This document shows positions 42,001 through 54,000 of a stretch of 64,000 nucleotides of DNA, in pieces (within the stretch, counting starts at the first letter, position 1; each line of letters begins with the position of its first letter). Both the position numbers and the translations under genes were made by a program. The DNA comes from an uncultured Planctomycetales bacterium. GTDB lineage: Bacteria; Omnitrophota; Gorgyraeia; Zapsychrales; JANLHA01. The stretch lies in contig CAZQQI010000004.1 in assembly GCA_964595465.1 (NCBI GenBank), forward strand, positions 30,195-94,194, in the 5' to 3' direction. The notes beneath the pieces are model-generated. The model worked only from the letters and a program-made list of their open reading frames with translations. It ran no database searches and was not told where the DNA came from.

Positions 42001-45000
42001 AGATATTGATCTGTTCAGCCGTGAGATCTTGTCGATACTTCAGAGGATGCAGACAACGGCCAATTCATATGGCAGCCCGCTTCAGTATACAGTCCGCACT
42101 CCTGATCGGGACCGCCGCAATGTGAAATTACCGGGCATCGATGAGAGCAGTGATTATGAGGGATCACGGTGGTATTACCGGACATCTATCGGCAGGCAGG
42201 TTCTGGAGGCCGCGTTGTCGGCTATTATGGATGCCCAGCAGACGTACCATACAGACTGCACAGCGGCCGGCCAGAAAACCATGGTCACGTCCATTACGAC
42301 CTTTCCGCTGATGAATTCAATTGAGGATGCCCGGGGCGTAAGGCGCATCCTGGATGACATGCGCAAGCGTTATCCGGCGCAGACCGCCCTGCAGAACCTC
42401 GGGTTTATGGTTGAGAATCCGGAAGCGGTCGAGGCGATGCGCGAAATCAGTGAGATTTTAGGAGATGTCCGGGTTATTAATCTGGGCACGAATGATCTGG
42501 AGGCGACAGTTACTCACAGAAATCGGGAATACGGCCGGGGTACACGAAAGCCGCTCTTTAATCGCCGTGTTCTCGAATGGATCATTCAGGCGGCCGCGAC
42601 CGCGCATGAAATGAATGTTCCGCTTTGCCTTTGCGGGGAACTGGCCAATTATGATGAAATGACGCTAATCTTGCTTCACCTGCGCCGGCAGGGATACAAC
42701 ATTTATGGCAGTATTAATCCGGGCCAGGTGGCCTGGCAGAAGCACTTTATCCGGCAGGTCACATACAATGACCTTGATCGGGTTGCTTACCTTTTGGGTC
42801 AGCGGAGTTTAACTGATGAACGGTTCAGCAAACAGATCCGCCTACGTGTTTCGGAAGTTTTAAGCCGGATAAATTTTGATATTCAAAATGACCGTAATAA
42901 TCATCATGGGCAACACGGGCATAGACGGAGAGGTACGGTCTCTGCCCCTGTCCTTTTTGCTTTATTCGCTTTTTCAGCAGTTGTGGTTCTGCCGCTGACT
43001 GTGGCGATACTGCTGGCACTGGGTCTGATGATCGTTGTCAGGACCGCCTATGCGATCAATAAGGTGGCGGCTTCGTTTTATCGCGAATCTTACGATCACC
43101 GCCTTGATGTGGCAGAGGAGCAGAATATCCCGGATCAGCGGCGGCTTACGCATCCGCTTATCCCCGGCGTCCGCTATGCCGATCATTTTGAGTTTCTCCA
43201 AACCGCCCGTCAGTGTCTGAAAAGTATCGAAGATTGTAATATTCAGCTTTATGATGCAATGACAGTATATCAAAGAGAAGAGAAGCTAAGTCGGGATGAA
43301 GAAGAGGATCTCTATTGCCGCATGAATAATCTTCTTGATTCGGCATATGACCATATTATTGCTTTACAGAAAGAACTCCGTATTAGACAGGTGGTTGATC
43401 AGGAAGAGCCTTTTCTGAATGAGCTCAGGAAACTTGAGCTGGATGTCTCGGCCTGGGAAGACATCATTGATGATAAAAACCGCGTCTTGAATACATTGTT
43501 AGATATTCCGGTGTTGAAACCAGCAGAAACAAGCGGGCGGGATGATCTGTATGATGATCAGAATATCCAGGGTGTCCTTGCACAAGCAGGATACTTGATC
43601 GGGTGCGGTCAAATAGAGGGCGCCATCGGCATTTTGTCTACAGCTATTGATCAGGGCCTGCGTGATCCCAGAGTGTATATCACTTTGGGTAATCTTTTTT
43701 ATCAGAGATTTGAAGTTGATGATGCCGTGCATACATATCGGCAGGCGTTGTTTAATGCTGACCAGGATAGTGAATTTTATTATATGATTGTGATCGGTTT
43801 CAGTAGTATCCTGGAGGATCTTGGACGGCTTGACGAGGCTGAGATCGTTATCTGTAGAACGCTGCAAAATCTGAAACGTAATTCTCTGATATGGCTGTCC
43901 TATATTTCTATTCTGCAGCAAAAGGGATGGTATGCCGAAGCTCTGCTGCAGAGTACAATTGCTCTCAAGTTCGTCAGCCCTGTTTATTATCCGGGGATCA
44001 AATCGACGATCTCCGAATTAGCCGATTTGTTAGATGAGAGAGGGCATGGTCAGGATGAAGAAGATCGTTCTGCCGATGGGCGGAAGGTGGAAGACGTTGT
44101 GAGCCTGCTTAAGTCTAAGTGGCTGTATCCGGCTGAGAGAAGGGGCGTAGACGCGGTTTTTGATGTTTATGTCTCTTTGGCGCTGGAGTTGAACAAGGGT
44201 CTGCGTTTTCCGAACCGGATTTTGGTAGTCGATGATCTGGAATGCGGTGCCTGCTGGTATGAGCAGTCCGGTCGGAGAATATTGGTCCTGGATCGGGGCG
44301 TGGCAAATGGTGAGCTGGATCAGGTCTTCCGTCACAGCCTTGAGGGCGAACAGCGGACGCACCGCTGGGTCATTGAGCATGAATTGATCGCCCTGCAGGG
44401 CGGCCTGCGGCATGATCAGGTTAAACAGCTTCAGACGATTTTGGCTGTTTTGCGTTGGTTTAAGAAATATCCTGATGATACTATGCCGGTCGGAACTGTT
44501 CCGGATAATGCCGCAAAAAGAGGGATCCGTATTTCTTTGCCGGAGGTTTATGCGGATTATACTGGTCCGTTGCTGTTGGCACAGATCGGCCAAGACGTTA
44601 TTCTGGCCGCTCCTGCAGATTTTCAACAGGTCCTGCAGGCCGCGGGAGCGCGCAAGCAGACAGCGATCCCGTTTTTGGATCCGGTTAGGCGGAAAATCAT
44701 ACTTCGAACACTGAAGATGCGTGTGCTCAGCGCAGAAGCCGCGGCATATGTCTTGCCTCAACCGCATTATCCTGCGCTGCACCGGATTACAGCAGGAATG
44801 CCCATTCAGCTTCTGGCCCCCGTTCAAGAACGTGACCGTTTGTCAGGGCGGCTCGGTGGTGAAGTGAAAGATTTCGCGGCCGACTCAACTGTTCCACCGG
44901 TCAGGAATACCGGGCATGATTCTTATAACCCGGGACCCGAGTGGGATGAAAAGATATACAGAGCCGTTTTCGCTGTTTCTCTGACAGCCTGTCTGGCTGT

Positions 45001-48000
45001 GGGTCTGGTGTTTCTGACAGGGCAGGCGATTTTACCGGCAGGAGTTTTTGCCGGTATCATTCTGGCATATACAGCGGTGAAGGCCTGGCAGAAACATAGT
45101 TATGTTTGGCGTATTCGACGGATCCGAAAGAGCGCCATGCATGCCCGCACCAAAGAAGTATATAGTTTTACCTCGCTGCTGAACCGCGATGTTCTTAAAC
45201 GGGAACTTACAGCAGACGATATAACGAACTTGCTTTCTGTACAGGGACGAAGTTTGCGTATCGCTTCTATCTCCCGTGAGATCGCGCATGAGATCGGGCT
45301 GAACCCGAGGAGAACGGAATTCATTGCCTTGACTTATAATTTAAGTGACATTCCTTTTCGCAGCCTTTGTTTATCACAGGAGCGTGAATTGGGGCGGCGT
45401 ATTGCGCACAGCGGATTCGATCTTAAAGAACAAAATATTCGATTGCTGCGCGATGCCGGGATATGGCTCAGTCGTCAGGATATTGATGATAATCTGAATT
45501 TGGATATCGATGGAGATGTCAGCGTCCTGAGTGACGAGGCCAGGCTGGTGCTGGCTGTGCTGAGTGTCCTGGAAGCGGAAGAGGACATTCTGCTGGGTTT
45601 GCGTTTGGGGATTATCCGCCCGGCGGACATCCCGCTGCCGCTGCAGCAGAAGATGAACACGGTCTTTAATGATCCGGACCTGGAACAGTGTCAGCTGAAA
45701 ATCTATCAATATGTTCTGCAGGACTTTCAAGGTCTCTCACGGCGTATTGTCCGGCACATATTATCGGCTCGACAGCATCACTTTTCCCGGGGGTCTGTAG
45801 ACCAAATGCTGGCACAGGCACGTTTCATAAAGAAAAAGTTTCGTGAGACATTTATTATTCCGGCCTTATTTAACAGCCCACAGGCCAAGAAAAACATACC
45901 AAAATTATATGCCTACCGTGTGCGTCTGGTCAATGTTCTGTTTCAGCGCTGGGCCCTGGATTATCCGCATAAGCATCCTGCCCTTATGAATGATGTGGAA
46001 AAGAATGAAGGGATGCGCTGGGTTTTGTGGCAGATGATAAAAATCCCGCCGCGCGCATTGAAAGGATTTGCTATTACGGCTCAACCCATTTCAGATGGTG
46101 AAAAGATCATCAGTGAACGCGGGCTTCTTGATCTCGAAAGTGAAATAACACAGGGAAGGCCTTCTTCCATACGCGATGTGTGGCAGACAGCAAGCCAGAT
46201 GAACCCTGGCCTCGAGCAAAAGATCGTTCAGGCTTTGTTGGAACGTATTGCCAGGTTAAATGGAAGCAGCGAAGAATTGGGGCAGTTGTTGGCGCAGTTG
46301 CAAGAAAATTCTATGATGAGAGATGCGGATGCTGAAGAGGATCAATCCACTCGGCTCACTGCCAGAGGCGGGACGATTATCTTTGCGCTGATGGTGTTCT
46401 CTGAGGCCGGCCAGTGGCTGCCGTCTCTGGATGTGTTCAAATATAGAGCGATCATTACAGCAGCATGTGCGTTCATGGTTTTGATATATGTAACGAAAAT
46501 CCTGGTTCAAGTCAGAGCCATAGTCCACAAAAACAGAACGATACAACAAGGAGGGGCATCATGGATTCCTTATGGGAGAAACTCGAAGTTCAACGCACGG
46601 TCCGTTCGGACATCGGCACCTTCGTCTCGGTCAGCTATCCCGGCTGGGCCAGCGACTACGCCGTTCTCTTCCAGGATGACGGACGGGTCCGCGGCCGCAC
46701 CAGTGAAGGCGGATGGGTCGAACTCAGTCATACCGCGGCCGACGTATTTCGCCGCAAATGGCAGCGGTTCGATCGATCAACTGGGGGCCGGTAAAGACCA
46801 TTCTGTCCGCGCTCCCCCAGCGTTCAAAGCAAAACACTATACCCGCCGACCGGCAGTATTTTACAGTCTTTCTTTATTCTTGATTCCGAGTTTTCATGTT
46901 CCCTTAGCAATATCAGCGAAGTTTTTTCCGCTTGCTGATGTGATGGTTATCGCATTTTCTCTTATGCTTATCGCCAGCCTGTTCTGGCGTATCGCGTTTA
47001 ATGATCGTCCCGGCAGATTTCTTCACGATCACGGGGTCATGCTGAAACGTGAACGCCGCAGGCAGAACGCGCACGAGATCAATATCAGGCTGGAGAAGAT
47101 TCGCGAGCTTATGCGTGCCGAAGATTATGAGACAGCCGTTAGCGCGTTGGGAAAAATGGTCTTTGATGAGTGTCCAGATAACGCGCGGCCGTATCTTATG
47201 GCAGCTGAATGCTGGCGCTGCCTTGGTGAAAAAGATAATGCTGTCGAAGCCTTGAATGTTGGGTTGGAGAGCATGACTCCGCAGGGCGCCGGCTACGGCA
47301 TGCTGCTTTTCTGTTTGGGTGATCTGCTGCGCGATCAGGGACGCTTAGATGAAGCCGTGGAAAAGTATGCTGAGGCGGATAAGTATTTCTGGCAAAACGG
47401 AAAATTAGCCCTCGCGGCGGCGCGTGTAGAGGTTCAGCTAAAAAATTATGATATTGCGGAAATTCATTACGAACTGGCGGTGAACCGGTTATCCGGGGCA
47501 TTAAAAGAAACAGCCAAACAAGAGAAGAGAACGCTTAGGAAAAAAATAGAGCGAGAAAAACAGAGTATTGTTAAAGAAAAACAAAACCGCAAATATCAGC
47601 AGTTGCTGAGCCGCGCGCAGAAGATTAAAAGATATCATCCGGAAAAGGCGATCCAATTGCTATTTTCTGCGATGGGCGTTAAGCCCAAAGGTACGGAAGC
47701 ATACGTTAGAGCCGCCGAGATCTACGTCGAGCATAAGCGACATGATCGCGCCCTTGAGCTTCTGAAAGACGGGCTGCAGACGTTTCCGCAAGGCAAGCCG
47801 AGCCACAACAAGATCATGGTCCTGATGGCCCGGATATTTACCGCTCAATATTATGACCAGCGTGAACAAGGGTATGACGGCGATCCGCAGGTCGTTATTC
47901 AAGCCTTGGAAGTGGCGCTGAGCAAAGATTTTTATAATTTCGAATTGCATATGGACCTTATCGGAATGCTGTATGAAGCAGAAGAGTATGAACGCGCGCA

Positions 48001-51000
48001 GCAGGAATTATGTTCGATCCAAGGTTGGTGTAATGCCTCGGAAGAGAAAGAACGCTGGCAGCACGCCTTCAGTGAGATCCGCGGAAAGATCGGCCGCAGT
48101 AGAAATTCCAGCGAGGGGGATTATTCCGCTGACGGTGTGATCACCACGCGCAAAGACGCTGACGCCGAGATCAGGCGTGCGCTTGAGCTGCCGGAAAATC
48201 AAGATCACAAAGTCTTAGGAGAAGATCATGAGCCGGTCAGATTAGCGCGCAGATTTTTCTTCTGGGACAACACCCAGAAGAACTATATGTTTCTATCGGC
48301 TCTGATCGCTAAAGAGTTAAACAAGGTGCGCATTGAAGCCCATGTCCTTTCCGGACTAAAGGTGAGGGGGGTGTGGCAGTACAAGCAAGAAGGTGATCAA
48401 CGGGTGCTGAAGATCTTTATACGTGAAGGTGAGAAGCGGGGACGGGTTATTGTCCATGAAGTTGCAGCGGCCCTAAGCGCGCAAAAGCAGGGGTTTGCGA
48501 CGGCACACGCAACAAACAAAAATATTGAAGAATTATATATGCTGTTTGTTAGAGGGGCTGGTCAGATTGAACATGAGGTGGTTGGTCCACCGAAATTCCT
48601 GAGAACCGGCAAAGATTTTGCGGCAGATAAGACGAAAGGTGCCGGCCGCACAATACCGGCGATTTTCCTGCGCGTTAACCCCAGCGGCAAGAGCAGACGA
48701 TTCACCCCGGAAGATGTCCCGAATTATAGCTATCATAAAGATAACCGCCGTATCGTATTCCCGGAACCGATGCCGTCTGTGCATGATCCCCGTCAGGCCG
48801 TCATGCTGAAGGGAGAGGGCTGGTTTTCGGTGCTGATGACGTGCGGGGAGGCGCTGCGCGATCCGCGCCCTTGCTGTGGAGGGCTGAAGTATGAAGAAGT
48901 TGAAAAAGAGCGCTGCAAGGAGCGTGAAGGCGAACTGATCGACGAGGTTAAGAACCTGGCGGCCAATGAGGATCGGACCTGTGCGTTATGGAATACATAT
49001 GCCCGGGGCGGGGCCTGTGTTCTTTGCTCGGATCAAAGCCGCAATAAGGACGATATTCTTAGGGAATGGGTCTATGCGATGATGTTTTTAGAGCTTTTGG
49101 GGTGGAAGTATATTGTGCTGCCGGATCTGAACACGACGCAGGAGGACATGGACTTCATTAATGATATTGCCTTTGGAGTGGCCGTAAGAAACTATCTGCA
49201 GAAAGAGCAGCGGCTATCTGAAGATGATCGTCGTGAATTGACAGCTATTTTGGAGAGTTCAGCACTTGACCGATGGACCCGCTTGACAGCAGAACAGCGG
49301 TTCCGGATCGGCATGGCCCTTCCGGCAGCGGGCGGCAAGGCGCATTCCGGCGGGGTGCCGGTCTATGATTGGGATCTCTACGGAGAAGGATTTGTCCCGC
49401 AAATTGAATGGATGCTGGCTGAGCGAAGACGGGAAGGCCCCGTAAAGGTTTTGGTTTACGGCACCAACGGGAAGGCCCGTTCGATTATACGTACATTGAT
49501 CGACAAGTTTTCTCCCAAGGAGGTCATCCTTGTGGGCTGGGGGGATCAACAGAATGGGATTTATTACAACGCGGGGCTTGACCGCCATGACCTTCTACTG
49601 ATGGTTCGAGCTTTTAAAGAGCACGCCGGAGACATGAGTTTGGCACAGTATCGAAGTAAGATGGTTTTTTATTCGACACTTGGGGGGAAAGCGTTCCTTA
49701 AGCAGTTTGCCGACTTGGTTATTTTGGCTGAAGAGGCGAGGGAAATATTTCAGGGAGACTTATCGGATTATACTGGAAAGCAGTTTGTTGAAGGGGCCGC
49801 GAGGATTTTAGGCAGGTCTCAGCGTGACCGACTATCCGAAGCCAGCCTCAGCTATTGTTCATCGGTTTGGGTGCGGGGAGGGATCCATGTTGCTTTCCGT
49901 GAACAACTCCTGCATACTCTCATTCCGTCATTGAGTAAAAACTTTGACGCTAAGATGTGGCGTATGCATCTGATCGCGGATATTTTCTCGACTGCAGAAG
50001 CATTGCAGGGAGAATTACGTCAAACATGCTGGAAAGACCAGAATTTTAAACCCTGGCAGATCGCGCGGAGACTTGCCAAGGCGATCCGTGAAACCGAACA
50101 GATGGGCTTTTCTAGCGGAGAAGCGGTTAAGGAAGATGTGGATTTTGTGCGCCGCATGGATCAAGACAGCCCCTGGAAACAGCGTATGGGAGGCTTAACC
50201 GGTTTTTCTGAGGACGCCTACGATAAGGTTTTTTATGGCCGGGAAGGATTGCCCAAAGCGAAAGATCACGAGGGAGAGCAGGATCCGTTACAGGAAGCGA
50301 CGGAATATCTTTTTAAAGATGATCCCAGATGGCAAAGGGTCGGGGCGTATCATGCCAGCCGTTTGTCACAGCGCATAAATCCGGCGCAATATGATATTCA
50401 CTGGCTGATCATCCTTTCCCGTCTGCAGACGCTCCTGGCTGACCGCCAGGGAGAAGCACGCGCGCGCTCTTTGGCCGCAAAAGCCCTGGGAGTATTGTAC
50501 CGTCCTTTAGCAGATGCCGGCATCGATACGTCGACGTTAGACGGCATCATTAAAATCCTTCGGGGAGTTCTTGACAGCCGGCATATAGAAGTGGTTTTGA
50601 TGGCCGTATGGGCGATCGCAACAGCCGGGATCGATCCGGCGGGCTTGCTGAAAGAGACGGCGAACCAAAAACAAAATCTTCACCAGCAGATCAAAGAGGC
50701 TGAAGAGGCCATCGCTGCCGCCCCTGACCCCACTATGTATTATACTGCCGCAGCCTCTTTGCGCTACGAACGAGCGACGATCTATTTTCTCATGGATCGG
50801 AAGATCGAGGCGATCGAAGATTTTAAAAAAGCTCAGCAGCACTACGAACATGCTCAGTATGAAGGCGGCCAGCTGCCATTTCGTTTGATCTTGCAGCTGG
50901 CCCGCTGTTATGAGTGGCTGGCCGTAGAACAAGACAGGAATGAGACGGTGGCCGGAGTATCGGATGAAGCCATGGAGCATGCCGTTGAACAATATCTTAA

Positions 51001-54000
51001 TCTGGCAGATTACAATTATATGGCCAAGTTGATGGAGAAGACCCCGAGCATTTTGAATACCCATTTTGAAAGCTATCGTCTGTGGGCCCTGGAGGCGCTT
51101 TTAAATGTGTACCGCCCGTTTTGTCAGCATGCCAACACTATTTTGGCTGATGAATTGAATCAGGAACTCCATGCTGAAAAATGGAAAGAGCTTATTCCCC
51201 TGTCTCTGGGTTCCCCTCCGTCAGGGGCAGGCGGATTTGAGGAGTTTGTTCAGAGCTTGAATCCTGTAATCTTTGAACTGGAGTGCGCGTTTACCAATTA
51301 TTATGTTCCGTATTTGCCGCTGTTGTTTTTCTTTACCAAGGATATTATTCCGGTTGATTCGTTCCCTGAGGCCCATAGGGTCATTAAAAATATTCTGATC
51401 CACCGTCCCCTGACTGATCAGGAAGGACATCCCTTGAATCCAGAAACCGTGCGTTCTCGGCTCAGAAATGGAGGGCATTATCTTAAAAGGTTGAAGAATC
51501 GGCATGAGCGGAAGGTCCTGGAAGATCTTCTTGAGCGCTTGAATGTTATTGATACACGCAGGATGGGGAAAAGGGCGATGCCCCAGGACAGTGATGACCG
51601 CAAACCGGCAGAAGAGGGTCCGCCATTCTCAGGTCATGCCTATCCGGCATCCGTTGAAGATGATGCAGGGCGGTTAAGTTTGCGGCCGGCATCATCTGAG
51701 GAACGGGAACGTCTTATGGTCCTTCTAGGCGGTGAACATGCTTTTGTCGAGAGAGGGGCGGTGCCGGATGATATTGAAATGTTTATTGTGGATCATTTGA
51801 AGAAGGTTGCTGTGGCGAGCGGGCATAAGCTTTATATCAATGCCAGGATTTTATCAGCGGATGATGAGGATCTTCGGCCGTTTTTCCAGGGGCATGAATT
51901 TTTCCATCTGGTATATCCGCATCTTTCGGAAGATATGGTGCAGGGATATTCGTTGTTTTATTTGCTGGCTAATGAATTACTATACGATCATTTGAACTAT
52001 CTTGAGACGAATAAACACGGCATTAAAGGGAACTCATCATGGCTTAGAATTCTTCGACCCCATATTCATATCGCTCCCCGGGAATCTTTGACGAGCAGGG
52101 AGCCGGTTAAGCTTGACGAAATTGGATTATGCATTCCTGCTCATTGGGACGACCGCGTCGTTTTGATGTCCCTGAGTTTTCTGATGGCGCATAATTTCAA
52201 AAGAGAAACAGCTTTGATCCTGCAATTGATAGAGGAAGGATCGATTTTATGGGATGGTTTCGACAAAAAGACTATACGCAAACATTATGATCCGCTGACC
52301 GGACGGGTATATATCCTTTTGCCTAAGCTCCGCAGGGCTAGTACGTCCGAGCAGATGATTTCCTTAATGGGGAGCTTTATTGCGGTCATTGGTCAAGAGG
52401 CCTATCAGCAGGAACATAATCCTCAGGGCATGACCAAGTGTTTGGAGAGCGAAGGGAGTTTGGACGTTGCGGGATTAGAAGTGAATCGTCTGACACAAGA
52501 TCGTCCCTTGTTCGGTCCGCGGGAGGGCGTCTGGTGGGAGACGGAAGGCGCGTTCAATCCAACGGCGTTTTTGGTCGGAAAAACTGTGTATATGATCTAT
52601 CGGGCGCAGGGAGATGATCATCGTTCGCGTTTCGGATTGGCCCTCGCTGAGTTAGATGATCAGAACACTTTGGATGTAGACAATATCATCCGTTTTTCTG
52701 AACCAATCCTCTCTCCGCTAGAGGGTAATTTCGATACGCTGGCCTGTGAAGACCCTCGTGTTGATATTGTGGATGATCAGGTGGTGATCTCATATGCCGG
52801 TGTCAAGCTGGCGCCGCGGGAACATCTCTGGTTTGAGATGCATTTTGATAAAGACCCCGCCGGGGCGACCCTGCGTTTGCTTAATCTGATCAAAGACAAG
52901 CCGGACGATGCCGTTATCGCTCAGGCCGGCATGGCGGTCATGTCTTTGGAGATGTTTTTGCGAAAAACCGAAGAGCGTCTTGCGGGCTGTGAGGAAGCAG
53001 TATTTGAGTGGGAGCGGTTTCTGGTTAATGAGGAACGGGATACGGAATACAATAAGGATGATCCCGTCTTTCGTGACGGCCAGGGCCGGTTATGGATGCT
53101 GGACCGCCCTGTCCGCACCGATGAGCATGATCTGCCGCGTCACTGTATCCGCTTTCGCCGTTCCGACGGGGATATCCACGGCCCGTGGCGCAAACTCCCG
53201 ATCTACATCGCGCCGAGGGATAAGAATGTTTTTGGCGGGCCGTATCAGGAAGGGTGGGTCGGAGCCGGGACAAATCTGGTTGAACTATCCTGCGGTCTGC
53301 TGATGTTTTATCATTCGGCTATTTTGGATCCCAAGATGGAGCACCCCGGTCATCGCTCATATTATGGACATATGATGATCCTGGACAAGTATGATCCGAC
53401 CCGTATCCTCTGGCGCTCAGAGGAGCCGATTATTATACCGGAGATGGATTGGGAAAAAGACGGCCTCAAAGGCGATTTGGATCATGTTTTTCCTGAAGGA
53501 TTGATCAAACTCAGTGAAGACGAGCGATCTGATGGGGGTCATCATGTCCGCCTTCTCATGCTGTACGGAGCGAAAGATTTTTATTCCGCCGCTGCGGAGG
53601 TCGAATTTGACATTGATGGGCCAAATATGTTCAAGGATCAGAGGAGTGCGAAAAAGACCAATCAGCGGTCAGGCAAGACTCGTATCGAGGTTCCCTTTGC
53701 GCTGGTCGCCCTCTCAGTTGTCGCAGGGGTATTCGTAGGAATCTATGCTTATATAGCAAAAGATGTCAATATTTTTGCCGGTTTCGCTGCGGCCTTGATC
53801 GGCATTGTCGCTTTTCTGGGAGGCTTGATCCCATTATGGCTGGCAGTATGGATATTACGGAAAATCCCGGCCTTTCTGCAAAAACGCCGTATGAGAAAAG
53901 ATTGGGAGCAGAAACAGTACCAGGCGAAGAAACCGAAAGTTGTTGCCCGGCTCAAGCAATTACAGAAAAAAGTCGATCGTTATGTGCGCCGGGATCATCT

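Larger units (their letters stand above)
39300..42900 (+). other. 3.6 kb sub-module A (TM helix, coiled coil, TPR-like repeats, HEL..GLRH motif, PtsI-like core)
   Basis: Homologous to 42900..46520: TM helices (GIVSILMLTILSSISIFVLFPLAMVILILLAIAVVV versus GTVSAPVLFALFAFSAVVVLPLTVAILLALGLMIVV), TPR blocks (WYAEALLQ in both), and HELGAIFGLRHED versus HELIALQGGLRHDQ. Confidence 0.55.

Noticed and set aside
46795-46915. AT-rich, promoter-like stretch after the nested ORF, looking like an intergenic region that would split the giant gene.
   Set aside because: The giant frame stays open across it and encodes two plausible hydrophobic TM helices (VFYSLSLFLIPSF..., VMVIAFSLMLIASLFWRIAF). AT-richness is expected for Phe, Leu and Ile codons. 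I kept it as part of the CDS while flagging the ambiguity in the findings.
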